A program made the position numbers and the translations under genes. This document shows, in pieces, positions 40,791 through 53,413 of a DNA stretch of 64,000 nt. Origin of the DNA: Octopus sinensis. Its lineage: Eukaryota. The notes under the pieces are model-generated. The model was not told the DNA's origin. It saw only the letters and a program-made list of their open reading frames with translations, and did no database searches. Where the stretch lies: NCBI RefSeq assembly GCF_006345805.1, contig NC_043004.1, positions 85,064,001 through 85,128,000 of the forward strand, read 5' to 3'. Position 1 is the stretch's first letter; each line of letters starts with the position of its first letter.

Positions 40791-42444
40791 ATTGGCTAGC
40801 GACACACACTCTAATGTAATACCACATGTCTTGACTGTTCGTTCTTTGTCATACATACATACATACATACATAATACATACATACATACGTAGTGCCTAT
40901 GTATGCATGTATATATACATTCAAACAAGACAGCAGCTACAATTATATTACTTAAGTTATTAGATCTGAACAACATTTATTTCCATTATGTATAAAAATC
41001 CATTGATGAATTTGCCACTATAATGATTTCTAGCAAATTTTATTATGACAAGGATGTATATTTGTGGTACGTTTTTCAGTTTACGTAAAGTATGAGTCGA
41101 TATGCATTCATTTCAATTATTCCATGTTAAAATAGATTAAATTTCTTGTATTCTTACCTAAAGGCACATATATTCACATCTATATAATATGCATACGTTG
41201 AGGCATATGTACATAATTCACGTGTGAATGTATCTCTTATCAAACATATTCACATGCATATGTATATGTGTGTTTGTCTGTGCGTCTGTATGTGTGTGTG
41301 TGTGTGTGTGTGCGTGTGTGTGTTTCCGTATATAAAAGCGTATATAGATATGCACGAATTCAGAGGGTTGCCTGTGTGGGTGAAAATATAGGAACGGACA
41401 TTTAAACACATCCACCGATACGTAGATAGAATGACAGACAGAAAGAGAAAGAGACAGACAGACAGAAACAGAGAGAGGGGGATAGTATTGTTGCATATTT
41501 TGTTCATGCATGAATATTTTCTAAATAATATGAATAATTAAAAATAATATCGTTCATTTATTTGACAAGATTTAGAAATTACATTTAAATCCTATTTGCA
41601 GTCATGTAAACGTCCAAATTTTCGTGTACATTTTCATTATCTGTTTGGTTATTTCAGTTATGTCTTTTAATGAAATATTTTTATGCTTTACTTAAACATT
41701 TTTAATTATAATATGAATAGAAATGTAATTGTGAGTGTCAGCATTTTAGTTTAATTTCAAATTCCTTTTATGTATGTAATACAAACAAAGGAAATTCAAA
41801 AAAAGATTATTAATTCGAAATAAAATCAATAACATTTAATTCTAGGTGATTGTTTATTTTTTAATCTTCAATATCTTGTTGTTTTTATCTACTGTTTGAC
41901 TTCACTTACCTGACTTTGAATAATTATTAATATTTCAAATAAATGAAAAGCTGGAATTAAATGCGCTTTTGCGATCAAAATTTTTCTTAATTATACTAGC
42001 CATCACGGTTCTTTTATGTTTGTTACTAGAATTGCGGATATGTATGGTGGCCGGCACAAAACTAAATAAAAATTGAGAAACTGTAAGAATTGCATCGGGA
42101 TCATATCATTATATGATTATATTTACGGTGATGTTTTGTTGCCAAGAAAATGATGTTTTAGTTTCTTGAAAATGAGAGTTGTCCATTGAGACTAAATGCT
42201 TCATCTGAAACTTTATATTTCATATCTCCGTCTTATGTCTCATTTCTGAAATATATTTTAGGCTTGATGCCGAATTTTAGTTCTTCACGATCCCGTTCGG
42301 TAATCTAATGAAGTGCATAAGTTTCGTTTCAGAATAGACGTCCACGTGACCAAATAAACAGCAGGACCTAACCAGTTGAAACTCTCAATTCTACTTCTTA
42401 ATTCTTCCTTGTATAACATGTGTAAAAACTGACTCTTCATAAAA

Positions 42445-42745
42445 ATACATACATGCATATATTATATATATATATTATATATATGAATATGTATATTGTA
42501 TATATATGTATATGTATATATGTAATCTTGTATATATATGTATATGTATATATGTATATATGTTATATATATATATATGATATATATATGTATATATATA
42601 TGTAATATATATATATATATGTATATATATGTATATATATAATTGTATATGTATATATATATGTTATATATATGTATATATATATTGTATATATATGTAT
42701 AATATGTATAATGTATATATATATGTATTGTATATATGTATATGC

Positions 42746-42780
<35 letters not shown>

Positions 42781-42965
42781 TCTGCATATATAATATATAT
42801 ATGTATATATATATATTATATATATGTATATGTATATGTATATTATATATATTAATATATATGTATATGTATATGTATTATAATATTATATTATATATAT
42901 GTATATGTATATGTATATATATTATATATATATAATATATATTATATATTAATATTATTATAATA
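42445..42965. repeat. Imperfect (TA)n/(TATATG)n array
   Basis: Direct reading. Confidence 0.95.
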
Positions 42966-43104
42966 TTAGGGAGTATATCCAAACTTACAGGGAAAAATTA
43001 GATTTAAGATTAAATCAAATTTTACAATATAATTTAATAAGGCACTATTAGGCACAATTGAGTTGCCTAATAGTGATTTTATCTCTAATTAAATTTATAT
43101 ATAT

Positions 43105-43164
43105 GATTTGATTTTGATTTGATTTTTCCAGTTTCAGCTAATGAGCTGTGGCCATGCTGGGGCA
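43105..43164 (-). mobile_element. Extremely 5'-truncated CR1/L2-group LINE 3' end
   Basis: Reverse complement TGCCCCAGCATGGCCACAGCTCATTAGCTGAAACTGGAA(AAATC)n; first 22 nt identical to the LINE end at 53069-53090. Confidence 0.8.
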
Positions 43165-43188
43165 ATATACATATATATATATATATAT

Positions 43189-43548
43189 TACTCTATTCTT
43201 TTACTTCTTTCAGTCATTTGACTGAGGCCATGCTGGAGCACCATCTTTAGTCGAGTAAATCGACCCCAGGGCTTTTTTTTTTTTTGTAAGCCTCTTGATT
43301 TTTACTATCGGTCGCTTATGCCGAAAGGCTAAGTTACGGCGACGTAAACACACTACCATTGGTTGCCAAGCGATGATGGCGGGACAAACACAGTTCTTTC
43401 AGTTTCCGTCTACCAAATCCACTGACAAGGCTTTAGTCGGCCCGAGGCTATTATAGAAGACACTTGCGCACGGTGCCATGCAGTGGGACTGAACCCGGAA
43501 CCATGTGGTTGGTAAGCAAGCTACTTACCACACAGCCACTCGTGTGCC
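43189..43548 (-). mobile_element. SINE-A lacking its internal microsatellite
   Basis: Head and tail intact; junction ACAAACACAG|TTCTTTCAG at about 43393. Confidence 0.9.
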
Positions 43549-43699
43549 TATATGTATGCTTTCTAAACATCCTTGCATGAATCGAAATGTACAGCGTAAT
43601 CTTCTACTTTCGTTTTCTGGTTTTGAATCAATATTCCTGTAAATTATATGCTTCCAATGTTAAAAATTTGAAATTATACTTTCTTTCGTAAAATTCACA

Positions 43700-44100
43700 T
43701 ACTCAATAATTTATTTTTTTTAAATGAGAAATGATGCTACCTGGTTCCAAGTTTAAAGGTTGACATTGGATACGTTCTATCATATAGAGTTGGCTACACA
43801 CAGATATCAACAAATGGTGTTACTCGTACATTCTCAGCTGGTGTGATGCTTTGTCCACTGATTCTTCTCTTTCGTAAATAAATACTGTAGAACTACAAGT
43901 TTACTATGCGTGTCATCACATGTACTCTTTATTTATTTTGGTATGCTTAACGCTGCCAATCCACCTGGTATTGCAATAACATTGATTTGATACTTTCGCA
44001 GCCTCTAATTCTCTAGTACATATAATAGGAGCTATTGATATCTCCAATGCACTAGTTAGACTGTGCCTAAGGGTTCAAAAATAAAACGATTTCTGGGATT
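43700..44100 (-). pseudogene. Possible pogo/POGK-like DDE C-terminal remnant
   Basis: Minus-strand NVIAIPGGLAA (compare AVIPGGLT) followed by SITPAEN (compare TPSGN). Confidence 0.4.
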
Positions 44101-44174
44101 GTCACATTATTCACCAATTATCTTACTTATTGCTGATGATAAAATCCAACAAGTCATCAAAATATATTTGGTGG

Positions 44175-44605
44175 AAGGTGCATTGCTATTGTTAGCATAG
44201 ATTATCCCTTTATTATCTTTGCGTTCACAGTTCAAATTCCGCCGAGTTTGGCTTTGCCTTTCATCATCTCCTGGTCGATAAAATAAGTACCAGTTGGGTA
44301 CAGGGGTCGATGCAATCGACTTATCTCCTTCCTCGATGTCGCTGGTTTGATGTCAAAACTTGAAACCACTATCCAACCTGTCCAAGGGTGTGAGGCTACA
44401 GAAATGTTAGAACGCCGAACACAATTTTTAGCTGTTCTTTATCCGTTTGAATACTGTGAACTCAAATTCGGCCGAAATCATCTTTGCTTTTCATCTTTTC
44501 GTTAGCGATAAAATAAGAACTAGTTGTGAGTGGGTGACGATGTAAAAGACTTATCTCCCCCCCAAAAAAAAAACTTGCTGGCATTGTGTTAAAATTTGAA
44601 ACCAA
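44175..44605 (+). mobile_element. Two tandem older SINE-B-type copies
   Basis: Cores GCTTTGCCTTTCATCATCTCCTGGTCGATAAAATAAGTACC and CTTTGCTTTTCATCTTTTCGTTAGCGATAAAATAAGAAC, each ending ..TTGAAACCA. Confidence 0.75.
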
Positions 44606-45023
44606 TACTCTTTATTATTTTACTCTTTTACTTCTTTCAGTCATTTTACTGCGGCCATGCTGGAGCACCGCCTTTAGTCGAGCAAATCGACCCCAGAACT
44701 TGTTCGTTGGAAGGCTAGTGCTAATTCTATCGGTCTTATTTTTGCCGAACTGCTTAGTTACGGGGACGTAAACACACTACCATCGGTTGTCAAGCGATGT
44801 TGGGGGGACAAACACAGCTACACTAACATATACACACATAACCATACATATTCATATATATGACGGGCTTCTTTCAGTTTTAGTCTACCAAATCCACTCA
44901 CAAGGCTTTGCTGGACCCGAGGCTATAGTAGAATACACTTGCCCAATGTGCCACGCAGTGGGACTGAACCCGGAACCATGTGGTTGGTAAGGAAGTTACT
45001 TACCACACACCCATTCCTGCACC
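44606..45023 (-). mobile_element. SINE family A, full length
   Basis: Tail TTTCAGTCATTTTACTGCGGCCATGCTGGAGCACCGCC; head ..CCATTCCTGCACC. Confidence 0.9.
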
Positions 45024-45333
45024 TATAACGTTTTGTATAAAATTATATCTAGAAAAAGACATCTGCACATTTAAAATGTACAGAGTATTTAACAATTGCA
45101 TATGTATATATGCAAGTGTCAAAGCTTTCAATTTGTGTATACATAGGCACACCACACATTCGCAAACACATATACATACACACACTACACATTCGCAAAC
45201 ACATATACAATACACACAAACATTGACAGGCATATGTGTATATATGATATGTGTGTATATTATACACGCACTATAAATCCACATATATCGCATACATATA
45301 TATTATATGTGTATATATATATACATATATATA

Positions 45334-45383
<50 letters not shown>

Positions 45384-45414
45384 TATTCATACTATATATA
45401 TATTATATATTATA

Positions 45415-48400
45415 TATAACTTAGAATAACTTAGAAAGGTTTTGGCCAGTATTGGCCCAGGCCATGTCTAACTTAATAGCACCACCTGGCGAAGTCTTTC
45501 AGTTCAGGATTTGGGCACCAAGGCCCATTCGAGCAGAGAGTTATGTTTGCGGAACATATCCGGGTGTGGGTGGTTTGTCCGGTACTGTTTGAAGGAATTT
45601 GTCCAAAGACTTCTTGAATTTTGTGTGGTCAGTTTCTTTTTGACGTGTCCTGGTGTAATGTTGAAGAGAGCAGGTCCAATTGAGGTGAAATAGTTGTGCC
45701 GTATTGTCGTTATGTGATGCGATTTAGATTTTTGTTGTGACGGATGGCACGTGGTCCAAGACTTGGATGCATTTTGAAGGTGATGCCAACATCATTCGGA
45801 CAGTGCTGATGAATATTTTCCACATCATACAGATAATGTAGCGTTCACGGCGTCGTTGGAGTGAATACAAGTTTCAGCTTCTCTAGTCTACCCCAGTAGT
45901 CAAGGTCTGACATGCCATCTATCTTTTTGTGATTGACCTTTGGGGAGCTTCAATTCTCATAATTTTTGTTTTGTGTAGGGAGACCACAGTGGACAGCAGT
46001 ATTCAAGGTGGGGTCGGGCAAAAGTGGAGAGAGAAGGATAATAGCGTGGGAATCTCTCGACTGGAAGGTTCTGAGAATCCAGGAACACATTCTGCGGGCC
46101 ATGTCAACTTTGCTGCTTATATGTGTAGCCCAGCTTATGTTGTTGTCCACTGTTACTCCCAGGTCTCTGATGTTGTTGGATGCCATGAGAATTTCTCCAG
46201 AAGGAAGAGAGTATGGGAGTTTCAGAGCGTCCTCCCTTCCAAAGTGGATCAGTTCGAATTTGTCTTCATTTAGCAACATGTTATTCTTTTCCGCCCATTG
46301 GACAACAGCCAGTAGGTCTGACTGAAGGTTATTCGGTCATCCACGCCATTGATGACCTTCTGGAGCTTGGAATCATCAGCGAAGGTTGATGTTTCTGTGT
46401 TTGATGGTGTCAGTAATATCATTATGTAGATGATGAGAGAAGTGGGCCCAACACAGTGCCTTGTGGGACACCACTGCTGACTTTGGCTGGGCTGGATTTG
46501 ACTCCTCGACTACAACATGTTGGTTCTCTGTTAGAGAGGAAGCACTTGATCCATGCAGCAGCTTTCCAGTGACACCAATATTGGACAGCTTTCTCAGAAG
46601 GATCTTATGATCAACCCTGTCAAAGGCCTTGCTGAAATCAGGTAGATGACATCAGTGTTGGAACCCTCTCCCAAGGCTCTCAAAATGTCATCAAAATGAT
46701 GCAGTAGCTGCGTCAGGCAATCTCTCCTATTACGGAATCCATACTGGTTGGGGTTCAGCATATTATGACTCTCAAGGAAGTGAGTCATACGCGATCTCAG
46801 CACCCTCTCAATACCTTGATGATATGAGAGGTGAGTGAGATTGGACGGTAATTCACGGCAAGCGATTTGTTTCCTTTTTTGAAAACTGGGACAACAGACT
46901 GGGATAGAAGGTCTTCTGGTATATATCCAGCATCCAGTGAGTTCCGCCACAGATTGGCTAGAGGGGGTGCAAGTTGGTTTTGACACATCTTCAAGACACA
47001 AGCAGGGAACCTATCGGGACCTACTGCTGAATTATGCTTCATTTCCTTTATTGCTGCTAAGACATCAGGAGCGCCAAATGTTATGTCCGATAAAGTGTAT
47101 TGGGGAGTAACATCACTGATACAGCCCAGATCAGTCATATCAGGATTGCTGAAAACAGAGCAATATTGTTTCTGCAATATTTCTCCCATGGTTTTGGCAT
47201 TGTCTTGAAGAGTACCATTTCCATCAATCAGAGGGCCAACAGTAGAACCAGTGACTCTGTGTTTTTTTGCAAATGAAAAGAACACTTTGGGAATGAGTTT
47301 GATCTTCTCAATGGCCCAGGCCTCTTCAGCTCTTCGCTGACTATTGATGATAGACATCATGTTGTTTTGGAGTTTATGTTTTTTAATCTCTAGCGACGAG
47401 ATGGCAGTCAGGTTGGTGTGTTGCTGTTGACAGTATTTCAGCATGTTGATCTTTTTGTTGATTCTTTTAATTTTCCTTATGAGAGATTTTCTATTTCTAG
47501 GGATTCGACACTTAGATTTGTTTGCAGATCTTATTGGGGTGTGTCTTGCACATATGTTCGTGATGGTGTCTACAAGTGACTGCCAGGACTTTTTGATGTT
47601 AGTGGGTGTGTATGTGTGCGTGAAGGACCAATCGACTTGTGCAAGATCATTATTGATCGCTTCCCAGTTTGCATTGTGGAAATCCATAGTGTCAAATGGA
47701 TGAACAGGAGGAATGACATTTGTTTTGCATTTTGGCCAGTGAAATCTCAGATCACAGAGAACCATGTCATGGTCGGAGAGTAGGGTTTTCTCCACTGCAA
47801 TATTGTGGATAGTATCAGTGTGATTGCTGAAAATTAAGTCTAAGACGTTTTTTGTGACATCTCGTTGGTTCGGGTACCAGTTGGGACAGGAAAGTCATCC
47901 ATGAAGTCAAGAAGCGATTCCACTGCCTCCCTGCAGGGGTTGAGAGAAAGAACCTGGCGGTAGACTGGTTTGTAGACCAGTCAACCCCGGGAAGGTTGAA
48001 ATCTCCTCATCATTAAAATGTTGTCAGGTTGACACTGCTGAATGAAACCTTTATGCTGTTGAGGCATTCCTTGAAGCATGGTAGGGGCGTTTGGGGTGGT
48101 CTGTAGACCCAACTACTGTTAAGTTGTTGGTTTGACTGAATACAGCGACTGCTTCGCAGTATCCATTCGAAAATATGTTCAGGCTTCTGTTGAGAATGAA
48201 TCATGGACATAAATGGCAGTCCCACCCACCCTTCTTCTTCTCTTCGCCAACACGATCAGCACGAATGGTTTTGAAATTTTACTTTTCACCTCGCTTCAAG
48301 TGAGGTGATTTTTAGAGGGGTCCTTCCCCACTTTCTCTTCCTTCTTTCAAGTGGAAGGTCCTAGGGTGAGATAGATGGTTTCAGTGAGGACGAGAAAGGG

Positions 48401-48668
48401 ATGTGTTTTGGATGGGCCTCGACCCAGTCCTCCAGGAATCTTATCTTTCCATTTTTGTGTATTGGTGGAAGGCTGATGCCTTGGGCATTAAGCAGAATGT
48501 TGAGCGAGATTGTATGGTTTTATTGTTTTGGTGATTTGTTTATTTGATTGCTTTTTAATGGCATGTGTAGTGGGGTATAGTGGTGGATGGCGGTGGGTGA
48601 TAGCTCGGATGTTTTTTTCCAGTTCTTTGCTAGATTCATTATAGCTAAAAAAAGAGGAAAAGAGGGGT
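45415..48668 (-). mobile_element. CR1/L2-group LINE covering essentially all of ORF2 (APE endonuclease + RT), frameshifted
   Basis: Minus strand: LLNAQG, LTET, RADR, DLIFSNH..LLSDHD (APE); GPDRFPACVLK, PVFKKGNKSLAVNYRPISLTSH, QYGFRNRRDCLTQLL, GVPQGTVLGPL, FADDSK, RDLGV, WILRTF (RT and C-terminus). 3' tail (TTCTAAGTTA)n; flanked by (TA)n. Confidence 0.93.
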
Positions 48669-48761
48669 TATATATATATATATATAATTATATATATATA
48701 TATATGCATACATATATATGTATGTATATAGGTGTATATATAATATGATATATATACTTAA

Positions 48762-48792
<31 letters not shown>

Positions 48793-49714
48793 ATATATAT
48801 ATAACAATATAGACATATACATGATTGCGTGTTTAGGTGTCGTCGAGCGTTTGTGTATATATTTTTGCTTACTTATGATCTGTTTCTGAGTGGCGTGTTT
48901 ATGTTTGCGCCATGACAATTACTTACTGGGCCATAGAGATTTTATTCCTTATGTACAATGCACTGTATATATTTACATATCGGAGATAATGTCTCTGAGA
49001 TCTGCATAGAAAGCCTACGTCGGCATTAAATCCAAAATGTCATATCAACCTTTTCAACAGATATGCATGTACGCATCCCATCCCCTCGCTCCAGTGCTAA
49101 TATAATATAAAATATTGTCGCTGGATCCTAAAGTAAATCCAAGTGTTTAAAATACATATAATTTTCTTCACCCTCACTAAGTGTTCTCAGAGAAACCCAT
49201 TAATGATCCCAGTGAAAGATCAGTTTGCTGCTTGGAAAGACACACGTTTCTGTATACTTTTCAGGGTAACACTTTATTGTTCTGAGCAATGTCTCGAGAC
49301 GCATTCACATGCATTATATTCCCGTTTGGTTTACTCAGCTATAATTCAAAATGGCTTACCTTGACATTACGCCTCGTATAGCACAATCTCTTCACAGCCT
49401 AATACGTTATTGTCTACAAGAATATACAGTCAAAAGACAGCAGCGTAGGCAACACATATACAAAATAGAAAAGTACACACACACATTCAATGAGAATCAT
49501 ATATAAATATCGGAATTGAAAATAGGAAAATACGCACACTTACATAGTTTTAATACTATTTATATATATATATAATGTCTATATATATTATATATATACG
49601 TCCTATATATTATATATATATATATATATAATGTCTATATATATATTATATATAAACGTCTATATATATATGTGTGTGTGTGTGTGCATGCCTATATATA
49701 TATATATATGTGCC

Positions 49715-49746
<32 letters not shown>

Positions 49747-50731
49747 CGTACGTACGTACGTTTATATTTACAAAATTATTTATACTCATGCCCATCCCTA
49801 AGTGTATACTTGTATACACACGCACACGCACACGCATTTCTGAATATTGTGAGGCATTTAGCATAGAGTTCTTCGCTTCTAATCGAAAATTTCCTAAAGA
49901 GATATCTATTTCATTGACGCAATTTTCTCGCAGTAACGCAAATCACCGAATGCCGTGAGGCATTCTGCTTTTTATCGTACGTAAACAAATTCTAATATCT
50001 GGGTTTACCTAAATCAATGATATGCGCGGGCTATCCTTTTGGAAGATGGATGCTCAGTAAGCAATAGCTTGTCTCCAGAAATATAAACGGCTCGCGGCCC
50101 GCAATGAAAAACTTAATTTGCAATATTTTCTAATTTAAATGTTCTTCCTTGGAGAATATCACTCCTATTAATAATAATTCTCTTTCAGTAGGTGTTCAAA
50201 GTCACGTTATCTTCGTAGTTTTCACGAGAAATTCATTGGATAATATTTTATTCCTTAAGTTTTTAGGGCTGCCAGCTGCCAGAATTGTTAATACGGCAGG
50301 CAAATGTTTCATTCGTCAGGTATATGACGCAAACTCTTGGACTGTCGTATCAATAAATCGTCAGTCTCGAACTCAAAATGACGCGTTCGAAGTTTTAATG
50401 AAAATTAAATTCTTATATGCAATCTCATTGCGTCTGCACCAGCACTGTCAGCACCACCACCACCATCATCGTTATAATCATCATCATCGCCACATCATAA
50501 TCGTTGCCATCATCATCATCATCATCACAACCATTACCACACGTGTTCTAATTCAGTACGGTAAGCAGATGCTCAATTAAGAATAAATTGCTATTATCAG
50601 CAAATTTCGAACACATAAGCATCACTTATTTCAATTTACTTTTACAGTACACATACCTGTAATATATATGTATGTATATGTATGTATACATATGTATATA
50701 CATATATATGCATATGCATATGCATATATAT

Positions 50732-50776
<45 letters not shown>

Positions 50777-50793
50777 ATTCAATAGCCAAGACA

Positions 50794-50909
50794 AAACCCT
50801 AACCCTAAAAAAGATTGAAATGCAATAGATCGATACAAGGGTCATAATTATGGGTTACAATTTCATATGACACCACTAGAAAAAACTGCCGTTCAAACCG
50901 AAAAGATCC
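50794..50909 (-). mobile_element. Terminal fragment of the TTAGGG-containing MITE
   Basis: Reverse complement of 58432-58540, including TIR AAAACTGCCGTTCAAACCGAAAAGATCC and (AACCCT)2. Confidence 0.85.
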
Positions 50910-50914
50910 TGGTT

Positions 50915-51290
50915 CTGTTTCAATCGTCTGCGTATGTTTAAATATAGGCGGTCCTTCCTTTCTTTGGATGTCCCATCCGGTTCCGTTGCTGGTCTTCCAG
51001 AGCCTTGCCTCGCTGTCACCTCTTTTTTTCCTTTGGGGCTGACAAAACCATCACTCCCATTACCTGCTTCCGCGTCATCCTCCGATTGGATCGCAATTTT
51101 ATTGGTGACGACTGCCTACGTCCCGATTACTCCTATCCCCGACCGCTTCTTCTGGAGAGACTAGTTTCTTTCGTATATATCGTTCATCTTTTCGTACCTC
51201 CTCCATATTCACCATTATCTGTTTCAGGTCCAACGACGGAGCCGCACTTACTGCAGCGGCCCTTGCGTAGCTCTCACCGTTTTCCATATT
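50915..51290 (-). pseudogene. Possible deleted L1/Tx1-type ORF1 remnant
   Basis: GC-richer, purine-biased minus strand; MENGESYARAAAV start (SYA.AA) and GFVSPKGKK-type basic segment in another frame. Confidence 0.35.
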
Positions 51291-51390
51291 GAAATACAAA
51301 CTGCTCAGTCCCACAATGAGGAGAAAACAGGAAACAACACGCAAGTCACTCAAAGACAATTTTCAAACGTGATACACAATGCTTCAACAG

Positions 51391-51774
51391 TGGAAGCACT
51401 CCGTCGGTTACGACGACGAGGGTTCCGGTTGATCCGAATCAACGGAACAGCCTGCTCGTGAAATTAACGTGTAAGTGGCTGAGCACTCCACAGACACGTG
51501 TACTCTTAACGTAGTTCTCGGGGATATTCAGCGTGACACAGAGAGTGACAAGGCCGGCCCTTTGAAATACAGGTACAACAGAAACGGGAAGTAAGAGTGA
51601 GAGAAAGTTGTAGTGAAAGAGTACTGCAGGGATCACCATCATCCCCTGCCGGAGCCTCGTGGAGCTTTAGGTGTTTTCGTTCAATAAACACTCACAACGC
51701 CCGGTCTGGGAATCGAAACCACGATCCTATGACCGCGAGTCCGCTGCCCTAACCACTGGGCCATGCGCCTCCAC
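51391..51774 (-). mobile_element. SINE family C, young
   Basis: Near-identical reverse complement of 20403-20786; AATGCTTCA occurs in both flanks. Confidence 0.93.
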
Positions 51775-52184
51775 TATGAATGCTTCAGCAACGGACTGTC
51801 TCGAAGAGAATGCCTACAACATGCAACAACAATCCAAAACCGTGGCCAAGAATTACGAAATTCAGAACTCAAACAAATAGGGTATTCCAAAAAAGAAAAA
51901 AAAAAGAAAAAAAAAAGAAAAATTGCTTCATTGATAAACATGCAGCTGACTGCTAATAATAGGAATTTTTACTATCCGGTTTCAAAATCCCGTAAAGCTA
52001 AATAATATTTAGTAAATGAACTTTTTTAACATACTTATTTGTTTGAGGTAAGTAAGAAAATGTTTTTAAGTCGATTGCCATTTTATTTTATTTAGATCTT
52101 TAACTGTATGATACGCTTTCGATTTTTAGTCAATTGTATATATATTCTAGATAGGCTGTTCTATATATCTATATTTTTATTCGC

Positions 52185-52257
<73 letters not shown>

Positions 52258-52292
52258 CTTTATAAGTTTAAGAGCTAGGGTAAAATATATAT

Positions 52293-53109
52293 ACCCAATG
52301 AATACACTGGACCCGGAGGGATTGCAATCCCAGAGGCACAATCAGTGCGTGACCTGGGTATTCACATGAGTGATGACGCGACCTTTCATGTACATGTTGC
52401 TAAACTGACAATGAAATGTAGACGGCTGGCTGGATGGATTCTTAGAACCTTTAGAACAAGAGAACAAGAAACCATGATGGTCCTCTGGAAGACACTTGTC
52501 CTAAGCCACTTTGACTATTGCTCTCAGCTATGGTCACCATCCAGTGTCAAGTTGATCACAGAACTTGAGGCGATCCAACGAAGCTACACGAAGAAGATAG
52601 CCTCTATGCAGAATGTAAGCTACTGGGAAAGACTCAAGAGATTAAAATTATATTCCCTGGAGCGTAGGCGGGAAAGATATGCCATAATATACATCTGGAA
52701 GATCCTGGAGGGAAGTGTCCTGAACTTTGGCATCGAGAGTTACGCAAATGCCAGAACTGGGCGCCACTGCGTGGTGCCTAGGTCTCCAAACCTGCCATCA
52801 AGATGTAGGACAAGATTCTGTGATAGCCTGGGCTTCCGAGGCCCACAGCTCTTCAATATCCTCCCGAAGAACCTGAGAGACCTGCATGGGGTGGATACAG
52901 ATGTCTTTAAAATGAAGCTGGATCTCTTCCTGTCAGGTGTCCCAGATGAACCAACTTCACGGCAGGAGGGGCAGATGAGGGTAGCTGCATCGAACTCTCT
53001 CATGCACCAAATAGCAGTTGCTAGAAAGCCTCCATGAAGTGAAACCAAGTAGCAACACCAAATGGCGGTGCCCCAGCATGGCCACAGCTCAATCAATCAA
53101 TCAATCAAT

Positions 53110-53110
<1 letters not shown>
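52293..53110 (+). mobile_element. 5'-truncated CR1/L2-group LINE (uninterrupted ORF2 C-terminus + 3' UTR)
   Basis: ORF 52345-53037: RDLGIHMSDD..GWILRTF..DYCSQLWSP..LEAIQRSYTKKI..YWERLKRLKLYSLERRRER. Tail GGCGGTGCCCCAGCATGGCCACAGCTC(AATC)5; flanked by (TA)n. Confidence 0.93.
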
Positions 53111-53153
<43 letters not shown>

Positions 53154-53287
53154 CCAACCCACAAGTGTGAACAAGAGAGACAGAGCAAGGCAGAAACAAG
53201 GGAAATGTCACTTATATTTGAACACTATACAAATATTCCTTTCAAAAATCACTTCTTTTAATTTTTCTAACTTTAATTATTTAATCG

Positions 53288-53330
53288 TTACAGTTGAAAA
53301 GGTCTCAAAATGACTGAAACCGGTACTGAA
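53288..53330 (+). ncRNA. Degenerate minimal type I hammerhead ribozyme motif (Penelope-type)
   Basis: CAG-TTGAAAA-GGTC-TCAAAAT-GACT-GAAAC-CG-GTA-CTG: helix I CAG/CTG, helix II GGTC/GACT, palindromic helix III ACCGGT, GUA site. Core deviates from CUGANGA at two positions. Confidence 0.55.
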
Positions 53331-53376
53331 ATGTTCTTTATAAAATTATTTTAGCATTTCCTATTTTGACATATTT

Positions 53377-53413
<37 letters not shown>

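Noticed and set aside
43047-43076. Perfect 12-bp hairpin CACTATTAGGCA/TGCCTAATAGTG
   Set aside because: Isolated between microsatellites; most likely part of an unidentified repeat, and no function is supportable.
50149-50580. 143-aa ORF with poly-His
   Set aside because: Poly-His/Ile derives from a (CAT/CAC)n microsatellite; non-ATG start and no domain.
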